In this document: positions 9,501 to 19,448 of the stretch, piece after piece
Layout of the letters: each line of letters begins with the position of its first letter
How positions within the stretch are numbered: the stretch's first letter is position 1
Source: Pedosphaera sp.
GTDB taxonomy: Bacteria; Verrucomicrobiota; Verrucomicrobiia; Limisphaerales; SIBH01
Assembly (NCBI GenBank): GCA_031414955.1
Contig: JANOQV010000240.1
Coordinates: forward strand, 10,771-74,770
Length of the DNA: 64,000 bases
Direction of reading: 5' to 3'
The notes under the pieces: model-generated
Seen by the model: the letters and a program-made list of their open reading frames with translations, nothing else
Told to the model about the DNA's origin: nothing
Database searches by the model: none
Translations under genes and position numbers: made by a program

Positions 9501-11305
9501 GCCGAAACCGTCACCGCAGTGTCGCCGCCGACGCTGCTCGCACTCAAAAGACCTGATGAGGAAATCGTCGTGGCACCGGAGTTTTCACCCCAAGTCGTTG
9601 AGCCGGTCACGTTCTGTGCGGAACCATCACTGAACTGCGCCGTCGCAGTGAATTGTCCACTGCCATTCTCAGCGATCAATGCCGGGCCGGACACGGCGAG
9701 CGCGGTCAGTTGCACTCCGCCACTCACGACGTAGAACGTGTACGGCAGTGACTCGACGGCTCCGCTGATCACTTTGACCGTCCAAGTCGCCGCGTCTGGT
9801 CCAACGGCAATGTTGTAGCGAATCTCGGTCGCGCTTCGGTAATCGAGGTGCGCGGGATTCGAGGGATAGGTGGTGGTTCCATCGTTAAATGAGAGCGTCG
9901 AACTGGCATTGAAACCTGAACCCGTGATGGTGATCCATTGCCGTTGGCCCACCGGCATTGCGTTAAGCGTTCTTGGAGACACGTCGCTGATGGTTGGAGC
10001 CGCAGTTGTCGCTGCTTCCACCGTGATTCGCTTGAGGTAATAGTCATAACGCACGCGGTTGAGGTCCACACGCGTGTTCGTCGTTTTCACGCGGATGTAG
10101 TGTGTTCCAACGTCGGCGGCAGTGGGCGTCCAAGAAAAGCCAGTCGAGCCGATGCTGCCAGCAGGACGGCTGATTTGAGTCACGGAGCCGATGTTTGCTC
10201 GTTCACCGTTGAAGGGGTTGGTGTCGCCATCCGTGAAGAACGTGATGGTCTGCTGGGAACTCCGGTCTGCGTAGTAGTAAGGGATGCTGACCGTCTGCCC
10301 GACGGTGACCCGTTCGGGGTAAGTGCCACGTTGGTCGAAACCGACGTTCGGCCAAAACTGGAACGCTGTATCAACGGAAACACGGCTGCCAGTGCCACCG
10401 GCACCGGAGATAAACTGATTCACGCCGGATGCAGGTCTGGCCAAGAGGGAGTTCGTGTAGCGACCAAAGTTGAAACCGGTTTCGTCCCTGGGCAGCGTGC
10501 AGTCGTACCAAGCGGTGACGATATGGTCGCCGTCGATCTCGGTGCCTGAACCTACGGCGATGTCAACCGTGCCATGATAGTAGGTATGTACGTGTCCGTG
10601 TTCTTCTCCTATCCCGATTCCCGTCAGAACAGACGAAAGGTTTTGATTGAATGTTCCGGCAATACTCATTCCTTCAGGCGCGTCGTTCGCTTGGAAATAG
10701 TTATCCGCAAATACGACGTTCAGGAATGTCTCTGGCACCCAATCATTCCCGGGCGGAACATGCCACGGTCTGACTGGATGCGGATCAAGCGTTGTGAGTT
10801 GCTCAACGAGAATTCCATTCGCAGCAAGACTGTAAGCCAGACGGCTGTTCAACGAAGCTCCACGACTGTGCCCAATCAGGTGAATAGGCAACTCAACCAA
10901 ATAATGGCCATTGTGCTGCTGTCCGAACAGGTAATCGAAAAAGAGGTCGGCGACATTCTGAGCTGGATACTCAACGGTTTCATCGCTCGCTGCCGCCCAA
11001 TCTAAGAGGATAATGGCCGCGCCGGAACTCATCATGTCGATGCTCGATGCTCCGTCTTCGAGTTGAATGAGGTCATCTGCCGTAGTGCCGGCCGACTGCT
11101 TGTCGTACCTCACTCGATAAATTGGAATGTTTGCCCCGGTCCGGGCCTTGATGGCGTCCGCCATTTCACGCACCCAAGGTGGCAAATAGGTTCCGTTCGG
11201 CTGAAAGCCGTGCGTAATGATGGTCAGGCCGCAAGATGGACTGGCCGCTTTGATCGAAAGGCCGCACACCAAGGCGACGAGTAGTGAGATGATGCGTGTT
11301 TTCAT
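6566..11305 (-). CDS. Large secreted multidomain protein: alpha/beta-hydrolase (lipase-like) + Ig-like repeats + InlB-B-like repeat + two DNRLRE-like domains
   Basis: Signal peptide; THGF, GHSRG and TLDPH motifs; four GPxxxxE...DGS...W.E.S.AT.IS repeats; FTHWSGD repeat; two DIWTTSVYSYAP...LRVGGWGDEYYSLLQFDL repeats. Confidence 0.85.
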   Translation of the reverse strand: MKTRIISLLVALVCGLSIKAASPSCGLTIITHGFQPNGTYLPPWVREMADAIKARTGANIPIYRVRYDKQSAGTTADDLIQLEDGASSIDMMSSGAAIILLDWAAASDETVEYPAQNVADLFFDYLFGQQHNGHYLVELPIHLIGHSRGASLNSRLAYSLAANGILVEQLTTLDPHPVRPWHVPPGNDWVPETFLNVVFADNYFQANDAPEGMSIAGTFNQNLSSVLTGIGIGEEHGHVHTYYHGTVDIAVGSGTEIDGDHIVTAWYDCTLPRDETGFNFGRYTNSLLARPASGVNQFISGAGGTGSRVSVDTAFQFWPNVGFDQRGTYPERVTVGQTVSIPYYYADRSSQQTITFFTDGDTNPFNGERANIGSVTQISRPAGSIGSTGFSWTPTAADVGTHYIRVKTTNTRVDLNRVRYDYYLKRITVEAATTAAPTISDVSPRTLNAMPVGQRQWITITGSGFNASSTLSFNDGTTTYPSNPAHLDYRSATEIRYNIAVGPDAATWTVKVISGAVESLPYTFYVVSGGVQLTALAVSGPALIAENGSGQFTATAQFSDGSAQNVTGSTTWGENSGATTISSSGLLSASSVGGDTAVTVSASYTAGGITRTANAGVTVVNSASCGIDVQERIVNGNFANNANNWTLTGSFQADARFAACASCPGYSYLANADGTGGNNLSGTLSQSITIPANATSATLGYNYRITSSDSTVTAFDFLSLNLVLPGGTLVGLDQRSNLHASGSYAFRSFDIIAYKGQTITVRFTATTDFGGPTTFRVDDVSVIVSVPNPVVPVLFGVGGPTSVAEGSTAQYNAIVVNCDGSIQSVSPSWSENSSATTISGSALLTVGNVGSDTPVTITATYGGFPALNYPITIVNSTSSFSYLAISGPSSINENSSGQFTATAIFSDGSSQSVSPSWSENSSATSISGSGQLTAGGVVSDTIMTVSASHTIGGVTRNANQDVLIVNVPTPPTLSSLSISGPSSVSENSTAQYAATASFSDGSTQGVNPTWGEDSSATSISIFGLLSAGEVAGDTPMTVSASYSFGGVTRSASLSVTVVNGVATPTFTLTVNASHGAVAKNPDQAAYTSGSQVVLTAAPANGYQFTHWSGDASGSLNPLTVTMSANTSITANFVAVPPVPHLGGFGVSNGVFRFVLRGPASGSFIIQASSNLMDWIPLGTFTIPVGGSLGLTDPMGGQGKRFYRALRQTEEPVVLQPGPTDSHDIWTTSVYSYAPGGGGPGGGLNDDRLRVGGWGDEYYSLLQFDLTGLPIKAASAVLYLYCHHQSGGGTPMFLDRITQSWDWQTQGTGSDFERLWWNDRPATTRWHEEPISNPAAGQWYAVNVTELYNAWQDGLYQNHGLQLRPAEYFNDDFNEFYSADYTNNPALRPKLVITPSPVITVQPGPLDSKDIWTTSVYSYAPSGGGSGGGLNDENLRVGGWGDEYYSLLQFDLAGLPTNAASAVLHLYCSSQSSGGTAMYLDRVTAFWDWRTQGTGLDRDRLWWADRPSTTLWFEGALPTPMAGQWYTVDITGLYRAWQSGSLPNHGLQFRPVEYFNNNFNQFRSADSTEQSLRPKLVVTP

Positions 11306-11508
11306 GGTTGCTGTTGGGTTCGGTTAATTGAGTTTGTTCGTGGGTTAACTGCTTGGCTCCAGTTGGTTCTTGCGGGAAATCTTCTTGCGAATGGCGGAAC
11401 CGAGGCGGGTGAAATAGCACCGCTGTCCAACGGCCGTAACTGCCGGATGCGCCCAGTTGCTTGAATTCTCACTCCGTCGGGCCGGCAAAAGTTTTTCATT
11501 CACCCCTT

Positions 11509-11535
11509 CCAAACGGAGCGGCCGAGAAGCGTGAC
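11509..11535 (-). promoter_or_regulatory. Candidate ECF-sigma promoter toward the large secreted protein
   Basis: GTCAC-N14-CCGTTTGG on the minus strand; same motif and spacing as at 12396-12422. Confidence 0.55.
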
Positions 11536-11644
11536 AAAGTTTTTTTCTGGAAGGTACGATGGCGTCCTGCAATGCCGCGCGGTCCCGCAGTTCGCTTTGC
11601 CGCCTTGCCACGCGGGGCCGGGTTGGGTAGAGACACGGCACCTT

Positions 11645-12373
11645 ATGGCACCCGCGCACGCCACGTCCGCCCAGTTCACCGAGACTCGATGGACGGTCAT
11701 CCTCGCCGCCCAAGCGGGAGGAGCGAACGCGGCGGAAGCCTGGAGCCAGCTCTGCCAGAAAAATTACTTCCCGGTCTATGCCTTCATCCGGCGTCAGGGC
11801 ACGGCTCCGCATGACGCGCAGGATTTAACCCAGGGATTCTTCGCCCATGTGCTCGGGCAGGACTGGCTGGCGAACGTGGATCGCACCAAGGGATTGTTCC
11901 GCACCTTCGTGTTGCGATGTCTCAAGAATTTCCTGTCGAACGAGCGGCAAAAGAGCGGCGCGTCGAAACGAAATCCCGAGCTGCCTTTAGTTTTACTGGA
12001 TGCGACGGATGCCGAGGAACGCTACCAACTGGAACCGCGGGACGGAGCCGATCCCGCCGTGCTGTTTGACCGCCAATGGGCTTCCTGCCTGATCGGGCGG
12101 GTGCTGGCGAAACTTCAGGCCGAGTATGTGGCCAGGAACGCCAGTCACTTGTTCGAGGCGCTGTTGCCTTCGCTGGTGGGCGAAAGTGAGCGTGGAGATT
12201 GGGGACCAGTCGCCGCCGGCCTGGGAAAGTCAGTGGAGGCCGCGAAGACCGCAGGGTCACGTTTGCGCGCCGAATTCCGCGAATCGTTGCGCCGGGAGAT
12301 TGGGGAGACGGTTGATAGTCTCGAGGAAGTGGAGGAGGAGATTCGGGCGCTGTTCCAGCTTTTTGAGCGTTGA
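11645..12373 (+). CDS. ECF sigma-70 factor (Ser/Thr-kinase-associated PVC type)
   Basis: FTETRWTVILAA, LCQKNYFPVYAFIRR, DAQDLTQGFF, FRTFVL, FDRQWA and EEEIRAL motifs; directly upstream of a kinase. Confidence 0.9.
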   Translation: MAPAHATSAQFTETRWTVILAAQAGGANAAEAWSQLCQKNYFPVYAFIRRQGTAPHDAQDLTQGFFAHVLGQDWLANVDRTKGLFRTFVLRCLKNFLSNERQKSGASKRNPELPLVLLDATDAEERYQLEPRDGADPAVLFDRQWASCLIGRVLAKLQAEYVARNASHLFEALLPSLVGESERGDWGPVAAGLGKSVEAAKTAGSRLRAEFRESLRREIGETVDSLEEVEEEIRALFQLFER

Positions 12374-12395
12374 GGCGAATCGGCTCCAATCCTCG

Positions 12396-12422
12396 GTCAC
12401 ACTTCCGGCCTCTTCCGGTTGG
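12396..12422 (+). promoter_or_regulatory. Candidate ECF-sigma promoter toward the kinase gene
   Basis: GTCAC-N14-CCGGTTGG, 6 bp before the GTG start; 19/27 identical to the 11509-11535 copy. Confidence 0.55.
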
Positions 12423-12428
12423 TAATGA

Positions 12429-15400
12429 GTGTGGGCCAGCAAAATTAATGACGTGATAAGCGCCGAACGCAAATGTCCTTCGTGTGGAGACGTGATCCCG
12501 ACCAGCGCGCCGATGGGCCAGTGTGTGCCGTGTCTGTTCAGAACCGGCGTGAGCCGCAAAAAGACTGAACCACCGCCGGACAATTCGTCCTCGACCAAAA
12601 CAAAATTTCCCGAACGCATCGGCCCCTACAAACTCCTGGAGCAGATCGGCGAAGGCGGCATGGGCCTCGTGTGGCGGGCCGAGCAGGAAGAACCGGTGCG
12701 CCGCCGCGTGGCCTTGAAGGTCATCAAGCACGGAATGGATTCCAGCCAAGTGCTGGCCCGCTTTGAGGCCGAGCGCCAGGCCCTAGCCATGATGGAGCAT
12801 CCCCACATTGCCAAAGTGTTCGACGCGGGCCGCGCGCCCGATGGCCGGCCTTACTTCGTGATGGAACTGGTCGAGGGCATTTCCATCACGGAATTTTGTG
12901 ACGAACAGCGACTTTCCATTCGCGAGCGGCTCGAGTTGTTCATCCCGGTCTGCCACGCCATTCAGCACGCGCATCAGAAGGGGATCATCCATCGCGACAT
13001 CAAGCCATCGAACGTGCTGGTGGCGCTCCACGATGGAAAACCCGTGCCCAAGGTGATCGACTTCGGCGTGGCCAAGGCGGTGGAACAAAGGCTCACGGAA
13101 AAAACTTTGATCACGCAATTCGGCGCGGTCGTGGGCACGCCGCAATACATGTCGCCGGAACAGGCCGGCTTGAACGAACTGGACATCGACACGCGCAGCG
13201 ACATCTACAGCCTGGGCGTGCTCCTCTACGAACTGCTCACCGGTACGACGCCTTTGACCGAGGTGGCCGTGAAGACGCCGCCGTTTGACGAGGTGTTGCG
13301 CCGCATCCGCACCGAGGAGCCGCCGCGCCCGAGCACGCGCCTGAACGAGAGCGGAGAACGGCGGTCCGACATCCTGGCAAAGCGGGGTCTCCCCCCCGCG
13401 ACCCTGGCGAAACAGTTGCGCGGCGATCTGGATTGGATCGTGATGAAGGCGTTGGAGAAGAATCGTGACCGTCGTTACGAAATGGCGGGCGGGCTGGCGC
13501 TGGACATTCAAAAGCACCTCCGCAACGAGACCGTTTCCGCCCGCCCACCCACGGTGCGCTATCGAGTTGGGAAACTGATTCGCCGGCACCGGATCGGAGT
13601 GGCTTTGGGAGGGACGTTGCTGCTGGCAGTGACCGCGGCGGCAGGACTGCGCTTTTATCAACGGCAGTCCGCCCGACAGGTGCTGGAGGCCATGCTGCTT
13701 GAGAGCAAACTGGCGCGCATCGACCAGCGGGCGGCGGGCTGGTTCAGCACGAGTTGGACGAAGTTGCAGCGCGCCGCCGCGACGCTCGGCCAGGGCGAAG
13801 TGGCGGGACAGGCCACGGCGGTGCTCTCCGGTTTGGATGCGCGACTGGCCTGGGATTACTTCGACGTGGCGGGAGCGGCGGCGGCGTTTGCCGCAGACGG
13901 ACGCGTGCTGGTGGGCGGGGCGGCCGCCCGAGGCGGCACTCCAGTCCTGATCTTCGACACCAACGGGGTGAAAACCGAATTGATTGTCCGCGGAGACGGA
14001 CGCGTTTGCTGGAGTGCCGAAGGCGTGCCTCTGCACTTCACCGTCTCGAATCACGTCGGCGTGCTGAGGGAAGCGAACACGGGCAAGGTGCGCCGGGAAT
14101 TTCCTTTTCGTGAAGGCGAGGCACCGGTGGCATCCGACTGGCCGGTGGTGGCGGTGTCCGGTGATGGGAGCCTGGTTGCGGCGGCGGTCGCGCGCGCGGA
14201 TGGATCAGCCCGGGTCGTGATTTGGGAAGCCAGGAGAGGCCAGACCTTGGGCGAAGCGCCGATGCGCGCCACCGCCTTAGCGTTCAGCCCTGATGCCTCG
14301 CTGCTGGCGGCGGGTGGTGTGAACGGGCGGACTGAAGTGTACTCGGTGCGAGAATTCGCGCGTCTGGCCGATCTGCCACCGGCCGTGCGCCCAACTCCGA
14401 TCCTCGGCCTAGCTTTTGGTCGGGATGTCCTGACCCGCGATGCGTCCGGCGACCGCGCATTACGCTGGGTGTTGGGCGCGGGCGATCAAGGTGGCATGGT
14501 CGTGGTCTGGGATTTGAATACCCAGGTTCCCCGCTCCTTCTGCCGTGGCTCGGCTTGGAATGTGCAGTCCGTGGCCTTTCATCCCGACGGATTGACCATG
14601 GTGTCTGCCGGCCGGAATGAAGCCTGGCTATGGGACGTGATGACCGGACAAAGCTTGCTTCGATTCCAACAAGGCTCGGGTTCTGACTGTCGGGCCCTGG
14701 CGTTTAATGAGGATGGAACGCGGCTCTTGATCGGCAATGAGCCGCGCAGCAGCAGAAGCTGGGTGGGCCTGTGGGAAATGGAACCACATCACGGGATTCA
14801 TGCCTTGCGCGGTTTTGTGACTACCGCGCGCCAAGTGTGGTTTTCGCCCGACAGTCGGCTCGTGGCTTCCCTGTCCGATGACTGGCGGGTGGCGGTATGG
14901 GAGGCGGAATCCGGAAAACTGCTGCGACTCTTCGAGGCTCCGGTCGGGGACGTGGCGGATAACGCCTCCGGAGTATTCGACGCGCGGAGTCAGCAATTTG
15001 CTTTTGCCACCTGGACGAACGCGTGCCTTTACGATCTGGACTCAGGGCGCGTGCTGCGCCGCTGGCCGTTGACCAACGGTTTCTCGGATCAATTGCAATT
15101 CGACCGTGACGGGAGGCTGTTGCTGGTGCGTCGTGAGCCCCGGCCCGATCATGCCAGCCGCAGATTCTGGCGCTTGTATGAGTTGGGCGCTGGAGATGTC
15201 CCCCGGTTGCTGCACGGACAAAGCGATCTGAACTGGCGCACGGGGGGCACATTTTTTCGACCGGGCGGCGACCGGTTTCTCGTGTGGGGAACGAACTTGA
15301 ACAGCGCCAACTTGCAGGTCAAAGCCTACGACGCCGCCACCGGACGTGAGTTGTGGCATGTGCGCACCGAGTGTCAGGGCATGTTGACCGCGTTTTTGGA

Positions 15401-15740
15401 CCCGACCGGCCAGTGGTTCAGTTACGCGCCTAAGAACACTGAACTTCGCCTGATGCGGTGGTCGGATTTCAGCGAAGTCAGGACGACTGGCACGGGTTAC
15501 GAAGCCATCAGTCCATCAGGTGAAGATTTCGCGGGCAATGGGTGGCTGGCCTGGGATCACCGCGGCGCGACGCACAGCGTTCCGTTCGGTGCTGATTCAC
15601 ATCACTCCAGCGTTCCTCCACGTTTCAGCCCGGACGGACGATATCTCGCGCGGGCCACAGTCAACGGTTTCATCCAGTTGGTTCATCGCGACGAAGTGCG
15701 GAAACGATTGGAATCACTCGGGCAGCCGCGTGGCCAGTGA
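12429..15740 (+). CDS. Hanks-type Ser/Thr protein kinase with TM segment and WD40 repeats
   Basis: N-terminal CxxC...Cxx[38 protein letters not shown]; hydrophobic segment; AFSPDG-type WD40 repeats. Confidence 0.95.
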   Translation: MWASKINDVISAERKCPSCGDVIPTSAPMGQCVPCLFRTGVSRKKTEPPPDNSSSTKTKFPERIGPYKLLEQIGEGGMGLVWRAEQEEPVRRRVALKVIKHGMDSSQVLARFEAERQALAMMEHPHIAKVFDAGRAPDGRPYFVMELVEGISITEFCDEQRLSIRERLELFIPVCHAIQHAHQKGIIHRDIKPSNVLVALHDGKPVPKVIDFGVAKAVEQRLTEKTLITQFGAVVGTPQYMSPEQAGLNELDIDTRSDIYSLGVLLYELLTGTTPLTEVAVKTPPFDEVLRRIRTEEPPRPSTRLNESGERRSDILAKRGLPPATLAKQLRGDLDWIVMKALEKNRDRRYEMAGGLALDIQKHLRNETVSARPPTVRYRVGKLIRRHRIGVALGGTLLLAVTAAAGLRFYQRQSARQVLEAMLLESKLARIDQRAAGWFSTSWTKLQRAAATLGQGEVAGQATAVLSGLDARLAWDYFDVAGAAAAFAADGRVLVGGAAARGGTPVLIFDTNGVKTELIVRGDGRVCWSAEGVPLHFTVSNHVGVLREANTGKVRREFPFREGEAPVASDWPVVAVSGDGSLVAAAVARADGSARVVIWEARRGQTLGEAPMRATALAFSPDASLLAAGGVNGRTEVYSVREFARLADLPPAVRPTPILGLAFGRDVLTRDASGDRALRWVLGAGDQGGMVVVWDLNTQVPRSFCRGSAWNVQSVAFHPDGLTMVSAGRNEAWLWDVMTGQSLLRFQQGSGSDCRALAFNEDGTRLLIGNEPRSSRSWVGLWEMEPHHGIHALRGFVTTARQVWFSPDSRLVASLSDDWRVAVWEAESGKLLRLFEAPVGDVADNASGVFDARSQQFAFATWTNACLYDLDSGRVLRRWPLTNGFSDQLQFDRDGRLLLVRREPRPDHASRRFWRLYELGAGDVPRLLHGQSDLNWRTGGTFFRPGGDRFLVWGTNLNSANLQVKAYDAATGRELWHVRTECQGMLTAFLDPTGQWFSYAPKNTELRLMRWSDFSEVRTTGTGYEAISPSGEDFAGNGWLAWDHRGATHSVPFGADSHHSSVPPRFSPDGRYLARATVNGFIQLVHRDEVRKRLESLGQPRGQ

Positions 15741-15886
15741 CGGAGACTTGTCACCACCGCGGCAGCCCAGGCGCACCGCAATTTGTGGCTGCAATTGTTG
15801 TCAGCCAGTCCAGCCAGGTGTGATCGGTCCAGGTTGGGGTACGACGAGTTTGACGCGGCGTGGCCTGCTTCTCTACCTTCCCGCGA

Positions 15887-16084
15887 ATGATTATTGCGCC
15901 CTCGCTGCTTGCCGCGAACTTCGGACGCTTTGCCTCCGATGCGAAGCGCGTCCAGAGCGCCGGAGCGGAGTGGCTGCACCTCGACATCATGGACGGCCAC
16001 TTCGTGCCGAACATTTCCTTCGGGCCGGAGGTGGTGCGCGTGGTGCGGCCCGTGGCACGCCTGCGGCCGGGCCGCCATTCCTGA
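15887..16084 (+). pseudogene. rpe: 5' fragment of ribulose-phosphate 3-epimerase
   Basis: MIIAPSLLAANF...WLHLDIMDGHFVPNISFGPEVV is the Rpe N-terminus; the ORF stops after 65 codons whereas Rpe is about 220 aa. Confidence 0.85.
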
Positions 16085-16199
16085 CTCGGAATTCGGGTTT
16101 AATCAGCGCTTCCCTTGAGATGGGTCTGGAGTCGGGCCGCTCTGGTTCTGCGGAGGCAAGGGAGGGAGGACCAGCCACGACCGACCGGAGGTGGGCGCA

Positions 16200-16227
16200 C
16201 TCGACTCTCGACCCTCGACCTTCGACT
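16200..16227 (+). repeat. Heptamer tandem array (YTCGACY x4)
   Basis: ctcgact ctcgacc ctcgacc ttcgact directly upstream of purB. Confidence 0.75.
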
Positions 16228-16243
16228 TCTTAGCCTGTGGCCC

Positions 16244-17578
16244 ATGATTACGCGCTATTCGCGCCCCGAGATGCGGGCGATTTGGACGGACGAAAACAAG
16301 CTCAAGCTCTGGCTGCAAATCGAGCTACTGGCCAGCGAGGCCTTGGTCAAGGAACGCATCGTGCCCGCGAAGGACTTCGCAAAGATCAAAGCCGGCTGCA
16401 ACCAGTGGTTCGCCGATCTGCCCGGCCTCGTGGCCCGCCAGAAGGAGCTGGAGAAGGTGCTCAACCACGATGTCATCGGCTTCACCACCGCCGTCGCGGA
16501 AAAGATCAACGATGACGCCAGCCGCTGGTTTCATTTCGGCCTGACCAGCAGCGACGTGGGCGACACCTGCTATGCCATGCAAATGGCGCAGAGCGCGGAC
16601 ATCCTCATCGCCGACGTGAAGAAGCTGCTTGTGATCCTCAAGCGGCGTGCGAACGAGTTTAAGTTTACCGCCTGCATCGGTCGCAGCCACGGCATCCACG
16701 CCGAGCCGACCACCTTCGGACTGAAGCTGGCGCTGATGCACGATGAGTTCGCCCGCGCGCTCGAACGCCTCCAGCGCGTGCGCAAAGTAGTCGCGGTCGG
16801 TAAAATCTCCGGCGCGGTCGGCACCAGCGCGCACCTGTCGCCGCGCGTCGAGGCCTACGTCTGCCAGAAGCTCGGCTTACGTGCCGCGCCCATCGCCACG
16901 CAGGTGGTGCAGCGCGACATTCATGCTGAGTTCCAGCTCACGCTCGCGCTGATCGGCGCGAGCATCGAACGCTGGGCCGTCGAGTTCCGTCACCTGCAAC
17001 GCACCGAAGTGCTCGAAGCCGAGGAGCCTTTCACCAAGGGTCAGAAAGGCAGCAGTGCCATGCCGCACAAGCGCAACCCCATCACCTGGGAACGTCTCAC
17101 CGGCCTGTCCCGCGTGCTGCGTGGCAACGCCATGGCCGCGCTGGAAAACGTCGCCCTCTGGCACGAGCGCGACATCAGCCACAGCAGCGTCGAGCGCATC
17201 ATCTTCCCCGACTCCTGCACGCTGCTCGACTACATGTTCGGCCTGCTCAAGCGCATGATGGATGGGCTCACCGTTTATCCCGAGAACATGAAGCGCAACC
17301 TCGGCCTCTCGCTCGGCATGTGGAACAGCCAGACCGTGCTGCTCGCGCTCATCCGCAAGGGCCTGACCCGCGAGGCCGCCTACCAGCTCGTGCAGGACGC
17401 CGCCATGCGGACTTGGGAAGTCAAACACGCCGGCCGCGACGACGCCGATTTCGTCGAGCAGTTGCTCGCCGATCCCGCCGTCGCGAAACATTTCAAGAAG
17501 GGCGAACTCGACCGGCTCTGTTCGCTCGACTTCCATTTCAAGGAAGTGAACAGCCGGTTCAAGAAACTGGGACTTTGA
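16244..17578 (+). CDS. purB: Adenylosuccinate lyase
   Basis: MITRYSRPEM, HFGLTSSDV, GRSHGIHAEPTTFG, GSSAMPHKRNP signature, ERDISHSSVER. Confidence 0.97.
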   Translation: MITRYSRPEMRAIWTDENKLKLWLQIELLASEALVKERIVPAKDFAKIKAGCNQWFADLPGLVARQKELEKVLNHDVIGFTTAVAEKINDDASRWFHFGLTSSDVGDTCYAMQMAQSADILIADVKKLLVILKRRANEFKFTACIGRSHGIHAEPTTFGLKLALMHDEFARALERLQRVRKVVAVGKISGAVGTSAHLSPRVEAYVCQKLGLRAAPIATQVVQRDIHAEFQLTLALIGASIERWAVEFRHLQRTEVLEAEEPFTKGQKGSSAMPHKRNPITWERLTGLSRVLRGNAMAALENVALWHERDISHSSVERIIFPDSCTLLDYMFGLLKRMMDGLTVYPENMKRNLGLSLGMWNSQTVLLALIRKGLTREAAYQLVQDAAMRTWEVKHAGRDDADFVEQLLADPAVAKHFKKGELDRLCSLDFHFKEVNSRFKKLGL

Positions 17579-17613
17579 CCTGCCCTCCCGTCTAGCTACT
17601 GTCCGTTAAGCCA

Positions 17614-18855
17614 ATGATAACGAGCGTCACCATTGAAGGCTTCAAGAGCTTCGGCAGTCCGGCCAAGCCGGTCGAACTTGGCCCGCTCAATTTCATTGTC
17701 GGAGCAAATGCATCAGGGAAAACGAATTTTGTATCTGCGCTCAGATTCCTCCACTTGGCGATGACGGAAGGCTTGGAGCGAACGGTCGCACGCCCTGAAT
17801 TTGACGGCCTTTGGGGAATCCGAAACTCCATTGTCTTTTCCAAGAATCGCTCCACCAAAGGGCGCTCCAAGCCACTTGCCATTTCGATTCGGATTCAGGG
17901 GCCATTCCCAGAACAACCTTCGTCGGGCACTCAAACATTCCACGTCGAATCAGCTTATTATCGTTTGGAGATTGGCTTCGATGACAAGACCTCACGTCCG
18001 TTTGTCAAAGCCGAGACGTTTGAGGCACAAATTCGAACCTCCACGGCGGTCAGTGCCGCCTACGCGCTCAAGCGGAGTGAAAAATCCTTGGAGATCACAG
18101 ATCCTCTAAACAGCGAACGACCCAAGCATACTGCTCAAGTTCCGGTCAGTGTGCGGACTCGATTGTCAGTCGAGGAATGGTCGTTCGGATTGCCGGCTCT
18201 GTGGTTTCATCAGTGGGTTTCGCACTGGCGCTTCTTTGGAATCATTCCCAATGTCGCGAGAGCTGTGGCGCGTGAATCGTCGCAGGTCGAACTGGGTTCG
18301 GAGGGTGAAAACCTGGCCGCCATACTGCACCAGATTGAGAAGCAAAACGGCCAAGGATGCATGCCGGCCATCTTAAGCGGTCTGCGTGGCGCGGTTCCCG
18401 ACATCCAGCGTATCAAAACGCTGCGGCTGGAGTCCGGCGATCAATGGACGTTTCAAGTCATGGAGAAACATATCCGCGCCTTGAGTCCCGCCTCGGTATC
18501 GGACGGTACTATCCGCCTGCTTGCGCTCATGGTGGTGCTTTGCTGGAGTTCGAAAGCCGCATCCCTTCTGGTGATCGAGGAACCAGAAAACAATCTACAC
18601 CCGCATTTGTGTGAGCAATTGGTCGCGACGTTCCGCGCTGTATCCGAAGAGCGGCAGATCATCGCCACAACCCACAGCCCGGGCTTTCTGGACTATCTGG
18701 AGTTGAACGAACTGCTCATGTGCGAGCGCGATGCTACGACGCACTTCACCGTTTTGATTCCCGCGGCCAGCAAGGAAAACGTGGAGATTTTCCGGCGCAA
18801 GTTTTCATTGGGCGAACTATGGGTACAGAGCCTGTTGGGAGGCGTTCCACAATGA
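17614..18855 (+). CDS. ABC-type (AAA_21/AAA_15-like) ATPase, putative defence sensor
   Basis: GANASGKT Walker A, VSDGT signature, LLVIEEPENNLHP Walker B/D-loop, TTHSP H-loop, LGELW tail. Confidence 0.9.
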   Translation: MITSVTIEGFKSFGSPAKPVELGPLNFIVGANASGKTNFVSALRFLHLAMTEGLERTVARPEFDGLWGIRNSIVFSKNRSTKGRSKPLAISIRIQGPFPEQPSSGTQTFHVESAYYRLEIGFDDKTSRPFVKAETFEAQIRTSTAVSAAYALKRSEKSLEITDPLNSERPKHTAQVPVSVRTRLSVEEWSFGLPALWFHQWVSHWRFFGIIPNVARAVARESSQVELGSEGENLAAILHQIEKQNGQGCMPAILSGLRGAVPDIQRIKTLRLESGDQWTFQVMEKHIRALSPASVSDGTIRLLALMVVLCWSSKAASLLVIEEPENNLHPHLCEQLVATFRAVSEERQIIATTHSPGFLDYLELNELLMCERDATTHFTVLIPAASKENVEIFRRKFSLGELWVQSLLGGVPQ

Positions 18856-19448
18856 TCAGGATTGGCATCGGCGTAGAAGGCCCATCGGATAAGGCGTTTT
18901 GGGAGAAGGTTTTACACCGCAGTTTCCCCGGTTGCTTATTCAATATCGCCACCCTTTCCGGTAGAACAACTCTCGCTCGGATCGCGCCGGATGTGGCCGA
19001 AGGGTTCCGCAACTCGGGCCACGCCGCTGCCTTCTTCTTGCTAGATGCCGACAAAATGCTCTGCGCTTCGTCCGTGCTGGGACTGTTCGACGAATCGTTT
19101 CGTGCTGAGGCTTTTCGACAGCCCGCGCCAAGCCGGTTCGCCCATATCGCTGTGGCGATTCGCGAACTGGAGTCGTGGGTGCTGGCCGATGAAAAATGCA
19201 TTTCCGAGTTGTTCGACTGCCCCGGATACAAAGCTCCAGACAGGAAAGACAAGCCGGCGGGCAAGGCCAAGTTTCTGCGGCTCTGCCGGGATCGAAACGC
19301 CACGCTCGGCGGCCTAGATGATCGGGAACTGGCCGGTCGCGCTGGTAGTCGATTCAACCCGGCCCACGCACGAAAGCATTCAACCTCGTTTGATTATTTT
19401 TGGAATCGGCTAACGGCGAGAATTGAAACGGCTCGCGCGTCGCAATGA
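18852..19448 (+). CDS. TOPRIM-like DUF4276-type protein, partner of the ATPase
   Basis: IGVEGPSD, LLDAD and RELESWVLAD motifs; ATGA overlaps at both ends. Confidence 0.8.
   Translation: MIRIGIGVEGPSDKAFWEKVLHRSFPGCLFNIATLSGRTTLARIAPDVAEGFRNSGHAAAFFLLDADKMLCASSVLGLFDESFRAEAFRQPAPSRFAHIAVAIRELESWVLADEKCISELFDCPGYKAPDRKDKPAGKAKFLRLCRDRNATLGGLDDRELAGRAGSRFNPAHARKHSTSFDYFWNRLTARIETARASQ

Noticed and set aside
11302..11499. 65-aa ORF upstream of the large secreted protein
   Set aside because: No recognisable features; its position after the promoter motif and overlap with the next start are suggestive but insufficient
17614..19448. Firm call as PARIS (ariA/ariB)
   Set aside because: The architecture is analogous, but the partner is short and DUF4276-like; it cannot be assigned without HMMs
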